Source: a bacterium (GTDB lineage: Bacteria > Patescibacteriota > Patescibacteriia > JBAXGH01). Taken from it: a stretch of 64,000 nt of DNA. Below are positions 56,069-64,000 of the stretch, piece after piece. The translations under genes were made by a program, and so were the position numbers. Positions within the stretch are counted from its first letter, which is position 1. Each line of letters opens with the position of its first letter. Where the stretch lies: positions 17,727 to 81,726 of the forward strand of contig JBAXGH010000002.1 in assembly GCA_037139515.1 (NCBI GenBank), read 5' to 3'. The notes beneath the pieces are model-generated. The model was not told the DNA's origin. It was given only the letters and a program-made list of their open reading frames with translations, and ran no database searches.

Positions 56069-56575
56069 CTACGGAGACTTCACTGGAGCTGATTTCGAGT
56101 CGTACGCAATGATTCTCAGAGTCATGCCGAGCGTGAGCCCCATTCCAGCCAGAACATTCCTGATTTCTCGAAGTTTCTTACGGCCAAGGTTTTTGGTTTT
56201 AAGGACTTCAGTCTCAGTCATCACCACGAGTTGATGAACCACTTTGATGTCTCTGTACTCAAGAGCGTTTGTAATGCCAATCGAGAGCTCAGTATCCTTA
56301 ATGCTCCTAAAGAGCAGATCACCCAATTGAACTCCTGGTTTGACGCAGAAAATTTCGGCCAATGGCCCCTCGCCCTCAGGAAACTCGAACTGAACGTTGG
56401 GAAGCTCGGTGGACGAACCAAGCCGGTTCTCCATGAACAACTGGTTCGCGCGAATCAACTGCTTCACCATCCAGATTTCACGCTCGCTCCGGCTCACATG
56501 CATCAGGTTTGTGGCCTGAAGCAAAGCGAGTTCCGCGAACATCGATGTGACTTCTTTGCTGAGATTCACCGCCAT
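56069..56575 (-). CDS. Free-standing protein with an RNA polymerase alpha-subunit C-terminal domain (alpha-CTD, HhH)-like domain
   Basis: C-terminal 60 aa TELSIGITNALE...TETEVLKTKNLGRKKLREIRNVLAGMGLTLGM align with bacterial RpoA alpha-CTD (ELTVRSANCLK...[32 protein letters not shown]). The N-terminal 100 aa are unrelated to alpha-NTD. Start chosen at MAVNL with GAGGAGAGGG RBS. Confidence 0.6.
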   Translation of the reverse strand: MAVNLSKEVTSMFAELALLQATNLMHVSRSEREIWMVKQLIRANQLFMENRLGSSTELPNVQFEFPEGEGPLAEIFCVKPGVQLGDLLFRSIKDTELSIGITNALEYRDIKVVHQLVVMTETEVLKTKNLGRKKLREIRNVLAGMGLTLGMTLRIIAYDSKSAPVKSP

Positions 56576-56744
56576 AGCCCTCTCCTCTCTTCGTATAAAC
56601 ACTCACATGTTTCGGCGACCTGCACGCCGATCGTATCCGCCCACCCGGGGCGAAACTTCCGCTAATATCAACATGTTTAACGACGCTTGTCAACTGCACG
56701 CCTATAACAAAACCGCCCGAAAGGCGGCTTTGTGTTTTGTTCGA

Positions 56745-56783
56745 AAATGTTTCCCTAAGCTCTAATCTCTAAGCTCTAGACCT
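56745..56783. repeat. TTAGAGCTTAGAG-family repeat, copy 3 (abuts and overlaps the secY stop)
   Basis: AAAATGTTTCCCTAAGCTCTAATCTCTAAGCTCTAGACC. Confidence 0.6.
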
Positions 56784-58068
56784 TAGAGTATGAATCGTAT
56801 TCCGCGGTCTTGAGCTGAGACTCAACCTGTTTCACCGTTTCGATAATCACCGAGACGACGATAAGGAAGCTCGTACCACCAACCGCGATTTGCGTTGAGT
56901 TGGAATATTGCTGCAAGACGTGAGGCAAGACAGCGATAACGGCGAGGAACAAGCCGCCAGCGAGCAAGATTCGGCTCGTCACCTGCGAGATGTATTCCGC
57001 GGTCGGTTTACCCGGGCGAATGCCAGGAATAAACGCTGACTGCTTCTGCAGATTCTCGGCGATTTTTTCCGGCTGGAAAACAATCGAGGTGTAGAAGAAC
57101 GTGAAGAAGAAAACCAGCAAGAAGTACGCGACCGAATAGAAGATCTGGTTATTGAAGATGCTTACAACCCAGTGCGCGATATCCGAAAGCCAAATCGAGC
57201 GCACATTAAAGAAGAAGCGCGCAATCATCGGCGGGAAAAGCATGACCGAAATCGCAAAGATGATCGGGATGACCCCGGCCATGTTCACACGAAGCGGAAG
57301 ATGGTTCGAGAATCCCGGAACGCTTGAATACTGCGTCGCCTGGCGGGCATGCGCGATCGGAATATTGCGCTGAGCTTCGTTAATCATGACAACTCCGACG
57401 ACCATGAGAAGCGCGATCGCGACGAAAAGAATCGCCGTGAAGAGCTGCGAGCGGTCAAAGGTCACGAGGAACTGCGTGAGCGAAACCGGCATGCTCGCAA
57501 TGATACCAGCGAAGATAATAAGCGACATTCCGTTACCAATCTTCTTCTCCGAAATCAGTTCACCGAGCCACATCAGGAATACCGTTCCGGCCGTCATCGT
57601 GGTCATCGCGAGCACCATTTCTAGTGGTGTGCTCAAGACCTCTCCGCGAGCCGCAAGCGGCCCAGAAGACTTGAGAAGTGCAATCAAACCATAGGACTGC
57701 AGAAGCGAAAGCGGAATCGTGAGCCAACGCGTCCAACGGTTGATTTTCTGCTTGCCGAATTCCCCTTCCTTCTGAAGCTCATCAAGCGCCGGGAAAATCA
57801 TGCCCAAGAGCTGGAAGATAATCGAAGCTGTGATGTACGGAGCAACGCCAAGCGCGACCACGGAAAATTGCGCAATCGTGCCACCGCTGAAGATATTCAA
57901 AAGACCAAGAACCTGGTTCTGTTCAAAAAACTGACGCAAAACCGTGGCGTCAACTCCAGGAATCGGAATATGCGCGATTACCCGGAAGAACGCGAGCACT
58001 CCGACGACAAACAAAACACTCTTCCGCAGTTCCGGAATATTCCAGATTCGCTTAAGGGTATCAATCAT
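56776..58068 (-). CDS. secY: Preprotein translocase subunit SecY
   Basis: 10-TM SecY pattern. GGTSFLIVVSVIIETVKQ C-terminus. Confidence 0.9.
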   Translation of the reverse strand: MIDTLKRIWNIPELRKSVLFVVGVLAFFRVIAHIPIPGVDATVLRQFFEQNQVLGLLNIFSGGTIAQFSVVALGVAPYITASIIFQLLGMIFPALDELQKEGEFGKQKINRWTRWLTIPLSLLQSYGLIALLKSSGPLAARGEVLSTPLEMVLAMTTMTAGTVFLMWLGELISEKKIGNGMSLIIFAGIIASMPVSLTQFLVTFDRSQLFTAILFVAIALLMVVGVVMINEAQRNIPIAHARQATQYSSVPGFSNHLPLRVNMAGVIPIIFAISVMLFPPMIARFFFNVRSIWLSDIAHWVVSIFNNQIFYSVAYFLLVFFFTFFYTSIVFQPEKIAENLQKQSAFIPGIRPGKPTAEYISQVTSRILLAGGLFLAVIAVLPHVLQQYSNSTQIAVGGTSFLIVVSVIIETVKQVESQLKTAEYDSYSKV

Positions 58069-58096
58069 ACGGAATTTAGCTTTAGCAAATAGCTAA

Positions 58097-58281
58097 GAAC
58101 CTGTTTAGAATCTCATGCTTAGGCGAAAGACTCAAATTTCGAGGCGGAAATCGCTCAGCCTGAGGAGGAATATCTAGATATGCTGACGATGGATGGGCGA
58201 TTTGCGACCGAAATTTGAGTCTTTCGACAAGCAAACAGCTCATTTGAGCATATCGTGCTGTGGTGAGATTCTGAACAGGTT
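58097..58281. repeat. ~185 bp nested palindromic (MITE-like) element filling the rplO-secY spacer
   Basis: Outer arms AGAACCTGTTTAGAATCTCA and TGAGATTCTGAACAGGTTCT (19/20). Inner arms GAAAGACTCAAATTTCG and CGAAATTTGAGTCTTTC (17/17) separated by 66 nt. Confidence 0.55.
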
Positions 58282-58289
58282 CTGACAGC

Positions 58290-58760
58290 CTATTTGTGCT
58301 TGTGAACCTTTTTCGGTTTGATAGCAGCAACCGAACCGCCGGCTTTTTCAATCAAAGCCTTGGCGCTCGGAGAGCATTTGATATCAAAGACGTGAAGCGG
58401 CACATTAATCGAACCGGTCGAGACGATTTTTGCGGTTCGCTGCGACTTGTTCAAGAATTTCTTCTCGTGCAGAGCTTCAAGGTTTACCTTGCATTCCTTC
58501 GGGAAAGCTTCCACGAGTGCGGTCAAGGTAATTGTAACATCTTTCGTGTACTGGCTCGTGAAACCACGCGCCTTTGGCATCGAAAGCATGAGAGCACGCA
58601 TACCTTTCAACCGAAGACCGGACACACCCGAACGGGCGGCCTGACCTTTGGTACCACGACCGGAGGTTTTACCCATACCGGAACCGTGACCACGACCGAT
58701 GATGAACGGGCGCTTCGCAGAACCCTTCGCCGGTTTTAGATTGTTGAGTGAGAGTGCCAT
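58290..58760 (-). CDS. rplO: 50S ribosomal protein L15
   Basis: GRGHGSGMGKTSGRGTKGQ. Confidence 0.9.
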   Translation of the reverse strand: MALSLNNLKPAKGSAKRPFIIGRGHGSGMGKTSGRGTKGQAARSGVSGLRLKGMRALMLSMPKARGFTSQYTKDVTITLTALVEAFPKECKVNLEALHEKKFLNKSQRTAKIVSTGSINVPLHVFDIKCSPSAKALIEKAGGSVAAIKPKKVHKHK

Positions 58761-58764
58761 AAGT

Positions 58765-59349
58765 TTATACGGTTACCGGCAATTTCTTGGCTTCCAATTC
58801 CTTTGCCTTTTTGTGATCGACGCGCTCCTGAGCCTTCTTGGAATATCGTTCAAGATATTTGATGGCGAGGAAAGCGGCGCGAACGTTGTTGATTTTGTTG
58901 CTGGCGCCAAGCATCTTTCCGGTGACGTTCGGGACTCCTGCGAGTTCCAAGACGACACGGAGCGGACCGCCGGCTTTGATACCGTTACCGCGGGAAGCTG
59001 GCTTAAGCATCAAGACCGCTGAACCAAACTTCATGGTGACTTCGTGAGGAATCGTTTCATCAACGATCGGCACCTGAATCACGTTCTTTTTGGCCTTCGT
59101 GAAAGCCTTCTGAATCGCGAGCTGGACGTCCAGGCCCTTCGCGACGGCGTAACCGACGCGACCCTTGCGGTCTCCAATCACAAGACAGGTGCGGAAGCGC
59201 ATACGCTTACCACCGGCTGTGACACGGGTAACGCGGGCGAGTTCCAAAATCTTTTGGTCAAACTCTTCCTTCGGACGCTCATCGCGTCCACCTTCGCGGC
59301 GTCCACCGCCACCTTTTCCACCACGGCTGTTGTTTTGAGAAAATGCCAT
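58765..59349 (-). CDS. rpsE: 30S ribosomal protein S5 (N-terminal Gly/Arg extension)
   Basis: VTRVTAGGKRMRFRTCLVIGDRKGRVGYAVAKG. Confidence 0.9.
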   Translation of the reverse strand: MAFSQNNSRGGKGGGGRREGGRDERPKEEFDQKILELARVTRVTAGGKRMRFRTCLVIGDRKGRVGYAVAKGLDVQLAIQKAFTKAKKNVIQVPIVDETIPHEVTMKFGSAVLMLKPASRGNGIKAGGPLRVVLELAGVPNVTGKMLGASNKINNVRAAFLAIKYLERYSKKAQERVDHKKAKELEAKKLPVTV

Positions 59350-59353
59350 AGGT

Positions 59354-59710
59354 TTAGAATTCTAGTCCGTTTTCACGCGCACCCTCGGCGAGTGCTTTGA
59401 CACGTCCGTGATAGGCACGACCTCCGCGGTCAAAAACGACCTTGGTGATACCGGCGGCCTTTGCAACCTTCGCGAGTTCGACTCCAACTTCCTTTGCGAC
59501 GCCAACCTTTCCGCCTTCCTTCGTCTTCTTGACCTTGAGGTCCGAAGCTGCGGCCAAAGTCTTACCAGAATCATCATCGATGAGCTGGGCGTAGACGTGC
59601 AAAAGAGTTCGACGCACCGAAAGACGCGGGCGAGCACTCGTACCAAAAACGCGAGCACGAATGCGTGCCTTTCGACGAGCCATGATGCGTTGTTTATTTT
59701 TTGGTGTCAT
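59354..59710 (-). CDS. rplR: 50S ribosomal protein L18
   Basis: [28 protein letters not shown]. Confidence 0.9.
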   Translation of the reverse strand: MTPKNKQRIMARRKARIRARVFGTSARPRLSVRRTLLHVYAQLIDDDSGKTLAAASDLKVKKTKEGGKVGVAKEVGVELAKVAKAAGITKVVFDRGGRAYHGRVKALAEGARENGLEF

Positions 59711-59715
59711 ATGGT

Positions 59716-60276
59716 TTAGGAGGCGGCCTTCGTGGCGGCTTTACCGGCCTTTCGGCGAACTTGTTCATCGATGTATCGGATACCTGTGCCCTTATAAGGT
59801 TCCGAAACCTTGAAACGTCGGATGCGGGCGGCGGTCTCTCCAACGAGCTGTTTGCCGATGCCCACGATTGTGATGATGTTCTTATCAACTGTGATCGTAA
59901 CGCCATCCGGAATCTCGAAGTTGATATCGTGTGAGAAACCGATTTCGAGTTTCAGGATTTTGCCCGTGACATTGACTTTGAAACCAATGCCGTTCACTTC
60001 GAGCTGTTCCTTATACCCTTCCGTCACACCCTTTACCATGTTCGTCGCGAGCGCCCGGGAAAGTCCCCAGAGCGAGCGGTCGTCACGGTTTTCTTCATCT
60101 TTGACGGTGAAGTTAATCACCTTTCCGCTTTCCGAAGTCTCAATCTTGCACATAACGTGAGGATGGATCTTCTCGGAGAGAGTTCCCTTCGGACCTTTGA
60201 CAGTGAGCGTAGGACTCGTGAAAGTCACCTCGACGCCGGCCGGAACCACTACTGGTTTTTTTCCAATACGCGACAT
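59716..60276 (-). CDS. rplF: 50S ribosomal protein L6
   Basis: [18 protein letters not shown]. Confidence 0.9.
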   Translation of the reverse strand: MSRIGKKPVVVPAGVEVTFTSPTLTVKGPKGTLSEKIHPHVMCKIETSESGKVINFTVKDEENRDDRSLWGLSRALATNMVKGVTEGYKEQLEVNGIGFKVNVTGKILKLEIGFSHDINFEIPDGVTITVDKNIITIVGIGKQLVGETAARIRRFKVSEPYKGTGIRYIDEQVRRKAGKAATKAAS

Positions 60277-60286
60277 AGAGTTTTAG

Positions 60287-60679
60287 TTAGAAGATTTCAC
60301 AAATTACCTCACCGCCAAGGCGACGCTTGCGCGCTTCCTTGTTGGTCATAACGCCGCTAGGGGTCGAAATCACGGCAACGCCGAGACCGGAAAGCACGCG
60401 AGGAAGCTCATCGGCTTTCACGTACATACGATGACCCGGAGTTGAAACTCGCTTGATGTTTCTAATCTTAGGACCGTCAGATTCGTATTTGATGCCAATC
60501 GAAAGCTTCAAGAATTTGCCATCTTCAAGCTTTTTGACTTCACCGACGAAGCCTTCACCTCCGAGTACTTTTGCGACTGCGAATTTGAGATTCGAGTATG
60601 GCAAAACCACTTCGGCGTGACCTGCAGCCGAGGCATTACGAATCCGTGTGAGCATGTCTGAAATTGGATCGGTAATCAT
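60287..60679 (-). CDS. rpsH: 30S ribosomal protein S8
   Basis: MITDPISDMLTRIRNA. Confidence 0.9.
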   Translation of the reverse strand: MITDPISDMLTRIRNASAAGHAEVVLPYSNLKFAVAKVLGGEGFVGEVKKLEDGKFLKLSIGIKYESDGPKIRNIKRVSTPGHRMYVKADELPRVLSGLGVAVISTPSGVMTNKEARKRRLGGEVICEIF

Positions 60680-60685
60680 AATGGT

Positions 60686-60871
60686 TTACCAGCTTGATTT
60701 TGTAATACCCGGAATCTCACCGCGGTTGGCGAGTTCTCGGAAACAAATGCGACAGAGGTCGAAGTCCCGCATGAAACCTCGAGTACGACCACAGCGCCAA
60801 CAGATGCGTGTGATGCGAGTCGAGAACTTAGGCTTTTTGTGCGCTTTCGCGACGCGTGCTTTAGTAGACAT
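60686..60871 (-). CDS. rpsZ: 30S ribosomal protein S14 type Z (zinc-binding)
   Basis: 61 aa. CWRCGRTRGFMRDFDLCRIC. Confidence 0.9.
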   Translation of the reverse strand: MSTKARVAKAHKKPKFSTRITRICWRCGRTRGFMRDFDLCRICFRELANRGEIPGITKSSW

Positions 60872-60876
60872 AGCGG

Positions 60877-61413
60877 TTATTTCTTAAACGGGAATCCGAG
60901 AGCTTTAAAGAGTGCTAATCCGCGCTCTTTAGACTCCGCATTCGTCGCCATCGTTACTTCGAGACCGTGGAGGTTTTCGATTTCATCCGAACCAACCTCC
61001 GGGAAAGCGAGCATTTCTTTGAACCCGATCGACATATTTCCGCGATCATCAACCGACTTCAATGAAAGACCTTGGAAATCTCGGACACGCGGCAAGGTGA
61101 TGTTCACGAGCTTTTCGAGGAAAGCTTCCATGCGACGACCTCGGAGCGTAACCATCATACCGACCACCATGCCTTCGCGAATCTTGAAGTTTGAGATAGA
61201 AGCTTTCGACTTCGTTTTGACCGGCTTCTGACCCGTGATACGTGTGAGCGTGGATTCGACCGCGTCTGTGAACTTGGCGTCCTTCAAACCGCGGGAGAGA
61301 CCGGCGTTCAGCGTCACTTTGAGAATCTTCGGGAGCGCGTTGACATTCTTAAGCTTGAGCTCAGTCATGAGCTCAGCGTTGGCCTTCTTTAATTGTTCTC
61401 GGAACATCGTCAT
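60877..61413 (-). CDS. rplE: 50S ribosomal protein L5
   Basis: Conserved L5 core. Position between S14 and L24. Confidence 0.9.
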   Translation of the reverse strand: MTMFREQLKKANAELMTELKLKNVNALPKILKVTLNAGLSRGLKDAKFTDAVESTLTRITGQKPVKTKSKASISNFKIREGMVVGMMVTLRGRRMEAFLEKLVNITLPRVRDFQGLSLKSVDDRGNMSIGFKEMLAFPEVGSDEIENLHGLEVTMATNAESKERGLALFKALGFPFKK

Positions 61414-61419
61414 AAGCGT

Positions 61420-61731
61420 TTATTCGATGGTTTCGGAACACTGTTTACAAACTCGGGTGCGTTTTCCGTTCTCAAGCGTCTTATGCCCGACTCGGGTCCC
61501 CTTTTTGCACTTCGGACATTCGAGGATCACGTTCGAAACGTGGATTGGACCGAAGAATTCAATCTTCTGACCCTGCTGATCCTTCGAACGAGCCTTCAAA
61601 AACTTTTGCATCTTATTGACTCCCTCGACCACGACGCGGTCTTCCGCGCGAAGTACCTGGATGACCTTTCCAATTTTGTTTCGATCACGGCCGGCAAGCA
61701 CCTTAACCATGTCATTTGTTTTGATTTTCAT
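61420..61731 (-). CDS. rplX: 50S ribosomal protein L24 with C-terminal Cys4 zinc-ribbon
   Basis: KOW motif VKVLAGRDRNKIGKV. C-terminus CPKCKKG...RVCKQC. Confidence 0.85.
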   Translation of the reverse strand: MKIKTNDMVKVLAGRDRNKIGKVIQVLRAEDRVVVEGVNKMQKFLKARSKDQQGQKIEFFGPIHVSNVILECPKCKKGTRVGHKTLENGKRTRVCKQCSETIE

Positions 61732-61743
61732 AGTTTTGGTGTT

Positions 61744-62115
61744 TTAGATAACTTCCGGTGCGAGCGAGATAATCTTCTGGAAACCGCGGGTGCGGAGTTC
61801 GCGGGCAATCGGGCCAAAGACGCGGGTTCCACGCGGATCCTTCGTCTTCTTATCGATGACGACGGCGGCGTTTTCATCAAATCTGATGTAGCTGCCATCC
61901 GGGCGTCGCACTTCCTTGCGGGTGCGCACGAGAACTGCGTGGACCACGTCAGACTTTTTGACGGTCTGGTGCGGAGCTGCTTCTTTTACGACAGCCGTCA
62001 CGACATCGCCGATACACGCATATCGTTTGCCGCCACCGCCGTGTACGCGAACAACCTGAAGCTTTTTAGCTCCCGAGTTATCGGCGACTTTTAGCATTGC
62101 ACGATGTTGAACCAT
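61744..62115 (-). CDS. rplN: 50S ribosomal protein L14 (start trimmed to [18 protein letters not shown])
   Basis: [22 protein letters not shown]. The ORF track extends 24 codons upstream, overlapping rpsQ. Confidence 0.85.
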   Translation of the reverse strand: MVQHRAMLKVADNSGAKKLQVVRVHGGGGKRYACIGDVVTAVVKEAAPHQTVKKSDVVHAVLVRTRKEVRRPDGSYIRFDENAAVVIDKKTKDPRGTRVFGPIARELRTRGFQKIISLAPEVI

Positions 62116-62122
62116 ATGAGTG

Positions 62123-62464
62123 TTATTTAACGGCCTTCTCGACCTTAGCATTTCCCTTAGAGGAAACGACTTCGGTAAGAACAGCATCTTCCGCGAGAGC
62201 GACGTGCTTCGGAGCGACTTTTAGAATCTCCGAGAGCTTGCATCGCTTGTCTTTTGAAATCGGGCTGCATTCTTCAAAACGGACCAAATCTCCGATGTGA
62301 GCTTCACCCTTCTCGTCGTGTACCTTGTACTTCTTCGAGATGGCGAAACGCTTTCCGTAACGCTCGTGCATCTTGGTGCGGTCTACGCGAACCACTATCG
62401 TCTTCGACATCTTGTCGCTTGTGACGATTCCTTCAAATGTTCTTTTGTTGATTGAGGTTTCCAT
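62123..62464 (-). CDS. rpsQ: 30S ribosomal protein S17 (with ~25 aa C-terminal extension)
   Basis: [20 protein letters not shown]...[30 protein letters not shown]. Confidence 0.85.
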   Translation of the reverse strand: METSINKRTFEGIVTSDKMSKTIVVRVDRTKMHERYGKRFAISKKYKVHDEKGEAHIGDLVRFEECSPISKDKRCKLSEILKVAPKHVALAEDAVLTEVVSSKGNAKVEKAVK

Positions 62465-62470
62465 AGTGGT

Positions 62471-62680
62471 TTATTTTTTGACTGGCGTTGCGGCACGCTT
62501 CTTATCATTCTTCAAGGTAAGAATGCGCGCAATCGTACGCTTGGCTTTCTTAGCCGCACTCGTATCTTTGGTTCGACCAAAAATACGGCTGAAAGATCCG
62601 GTTGCGACCTCGGCCTCGAGCTCGCGAAGCATAGTCTCGAGTTCGGCATCGGTTTTGAGTTTTATTTCTTTCATCTTCAT
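62471..62680 (-). CDS. rpmC: 50S ribosomal protein L29
   Basis: MKMKEIKLKTDAELETMLRELEAE. Confidence 0.85.
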   Translation of the reverse strand: MKMKEIKLKTDAELETMLRELEAEVATGSFSRIFGRTKDTSAAKKAKRTIARILTLKNDKKRAATPVKK

Positions 62681-63096
62681 ACGGCGTGTCGTTCAACTGT
62701 TTTTGTTTGAGCACCGATTTTGTGGGAAGCGAGGCGCAGGGCTTCCATCGCGTCAACCTTCGGGATGCCTCCGATTTCGAAGAGCACGGTTCCCGGGCGG
62801 ACGACGGCAACGAAGTGATCAGGAGCACCTTTACCTCCACCCATCGGAACTTCCGAACCCTTGATGGTGACGGCACGATCCGGGAAGACGCGAATCCAGA
62901 TTTTGCCTCCGCGCTTTACAAAACGGGTCATGGCGCGACGGGCGGCTTCAAGCTGGCGAGACGTAATCCAGGCTTCCGACATCGCTTTCAAACCGTATTC
63001 ACCGAAAGCGAGCGAAATTTTTTGCGAAGCAATACGTAAGCCGCGAGCGCGTCCCTTGTGTTGTTTGCGATGTTTTACCTTCTTTGGCATGAACAT
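62677..63096 (-). CDS. rplP: 50S ribosomal protein L16
   Basis: MPKKVKHRKQHKGRARG. Confidence 0.9.
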   Translation of the reverse strand: MFMPKKVKHRKQHKGRARGLRIASQKISLAFGEYGLKAMSEAWITSRQLEAARRAMTRFVKRGGKIWIRVFPDRAVTIKGSEVPMGGGKGAPDHFVAVVRPGTVLFEIGGIPKVDAMEALRLASHKIGAQTKTVERHAV

Positions 63097-63107
63097 ATGT
63101 TTGTTGG

Positions 63108-63195
63108 GGTAGACCGTAGGTTATAGGCCGTAGGCCGTAGTTTAGTCATTCAAGACATTACTACGCCCTATGGCCTACGCCCTACGGCCTCACCT
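63108..63195. repeat. Imperfect ~30-bp-arm hairpin built from tandem CCGTAGG units in the rpsC-rplP spacer
   Basis: AGACCGTAGGTTATAGGCCGTAGGCCGTAG...CTACGCCCTATGGCCTACGCCCTACGGCCT. About 24 of 30 positions are complementary. Confidence 0.5.
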
Positions 63196-63900
63196 TTACG
63201 CTTTCGCGGGCGCCGCGACTTCCGCGCGCACCGGTTTCGTCTCCGTCGAATGGCCTTCGGCTTTACCAAAGACTTCACCGCGATAGATCCAGACTTTGAC
63301 ACCTATCGTGCCCATCATGGTCTGTGCGAAGTCCTGACAGTAGTCGATATCGGCACGGAGGTTGTGAAGAGGAATTTTTCCGGAAACGAGCTGTTCGCGA
63401 CGTGCGATTTCAGCACCGTTCAAACGTCCGGAAACGCGCACTTTGACGCCGAGAGCACCGGCCTTGAAAGCGCGTTCAATGGCGCCCTTCATGGAACGAC
63501 GATACGGCATGCGCTTTTCGATGTCAGCGATGATCTGCTGAGCAACGACCGGGGCGGAAAGTGCCGGTTTCGAGATTTCCTCGACGGAAATCGAGAGCTG
63601 GACACGGCGTCCACGGAAGAACTTGTTCATGATCTTTTTCTTCAAGTCTTCAGCACCGACGCCTGAGCGACCGATGACGAGACCCGGCTTAGCCGTGCGG
63701 ATAATCACGTTGATTCCCTTGGCTTTGCGTTCGATCATGACTTCCGAAACCTGAGCCTCGCGCAAATCCTTCAAAAGAAAAGCGCGCACCGTAACATCTT
63801 GCTCGAGGTTCTTCTTGAAATCGCGACCAGCGAACCACTTAGAGCTCCAGGTCGTTGTGACGCCCAGTCGGAAAGCTTTTGGATGTACCTTATTTCCCAT
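63196..63900 (-). CDS. rpsC: 30S ribosomal protein S3
   Basis: MGNKVHPKAFRLGVTTTWSSKWFA. KH domain. Confidence 0.9.
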   Translation of the reverse strand: MGNKVHPKAFRLGVTTTWSSKWFAGRDFKKNLEQDVTVRAFLLKDLREAQVSEVMIERKAKGINVIIRTAKPGLVIGRSGVGAEDLKKKIMNKFFRGRRVQLSISVEEISKPALSAPVVAQQIIADIEKRMPYRRSMKGAIERAFKAGALGVKVRVSGRLNGAEIARREQLVSGKIPLHNLRADIDYCQDFAQTMMGTIGVKVWIYRGEVFGKAEGHSTETKPVRAEVAAPAKA

Positions 63901-63907
63901 AGGAGTT

Positions 63908-64000
63908 ATTTAGTGGTTTTCTTCGCGGCCGGTTTTTTGGCGATTTTAGTCTCTTGCTTTCTTGCTTCTTCGCCTTCTTGTTTTGCTTCCGATCCCTTGA
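63908..64000 (-). CDS. rplV: 50S ribosomal protein L22, C-terminal fragment (gene continues beyond the window end)
   Basis: Lys/Ala-rich C-terminal tail ...KQEGEEARKQETKIAKKPAAKKTTK ending at TAA. Position upstream of rpsC. Confidence 0.6.

Noticed and set aside
34226-56783. Possible CRISPR array suggested by recurring CTAAGCTCTAA units
   Set aside because: Only 2-3 irregular units per locus, no regular repeat-spacer periodicity, no cas genes. Better explained as a dispersed REP-like palindromic repeat family.
61393-62094. 233-aa plus-strand ORF across rplX/rplN
   Set aside because: Antisense to two well-conserved ribosomal protein genes.
61744-62187. Long form of rplN overlapping rpsQ by 65 nt
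   Set aside because: Canonical L14 begins at the internal [16 protein letters not shown]. The 24-codon upstream extension is not conserved and is most likely read-through of the open frame.

Overview
The 64 kb window is almost entirely coding. It looks like a chromosomal fragment of a small-genome, Patescibacteria/CPR-like bacterium. Supporting observations: L30 is absent between S5 and L15 in the ribosomal cluster; there is a non-discriminating-type AspRS next to an AsnRS; several giant surface proteins are present; GC is about 50 %; genes are densely packed and often overlap.

Layout, by coordinates:
(1) 1-13.8 kb: a minus-strand cell-surface glycan operon. It encodes a partial GT2, a WbsX-like glycosyltransferase, a GT4-GT2 fusion, four SAM methyltransferases, an LtaS/sulfatase-family membrane enzyme, and a Wzy_C/O-antigen-ligase-like membrane protein with a TPR tail.
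(2) 13.8-31.6 kb: two tandem giant paralogous Ser/Thr/Gly-rich surface proteins of 3408 and 2471 aa. They share N-terminal and ~650 aa C-terminal modules but have different cores, LVIVD repeats in one and four ~235 aa tandem repeats in the other.
(3) 31.6-34.5 kb: SPFH/band-7, parB, parA, and a repeat-rich parA upstream region.
(4) 34.5-39.3 kb: an accessory stretch around three tRNAs (Leu-CAA, Met-CAT and initiator fMet-CAT). It includes a GC-rich orphan ORF, a YjjX-like NTPase, and two tandem paralogous hypothetical genes that each carry their own terminator.
(5) 39.3-53.9 kb: housekeeping genes: GT4, DacA-like PBP, scpB, scpA, aspS, metK, SanA-like, GNAT, peptidase S51, asnS, NUDIX, recO, ruvX, map.
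(6) 53.9-64 kb: adk, then a three-gene insertion, then secY and ribosomal proteins through rplV (partial). The insertion encodes a presenilin-like GxGD protease, a coiled-coil repeat protein and a free-standing RNA polymerase alpha-CTD-like protein.

Several small palindromic or repeat elements sit in intergenic regions. One is a TTAGAGCTTAGAG family found at three loci. Another is a ~185 bp nested palindrome between rplO and secY.

Candidate novel system: the giant-protein plus Wzy_C/TPR plus multi-methyltransferase glycan locus, read as a surface-protein O-glycosylation system. The secY-adk insertion is a second candidate.
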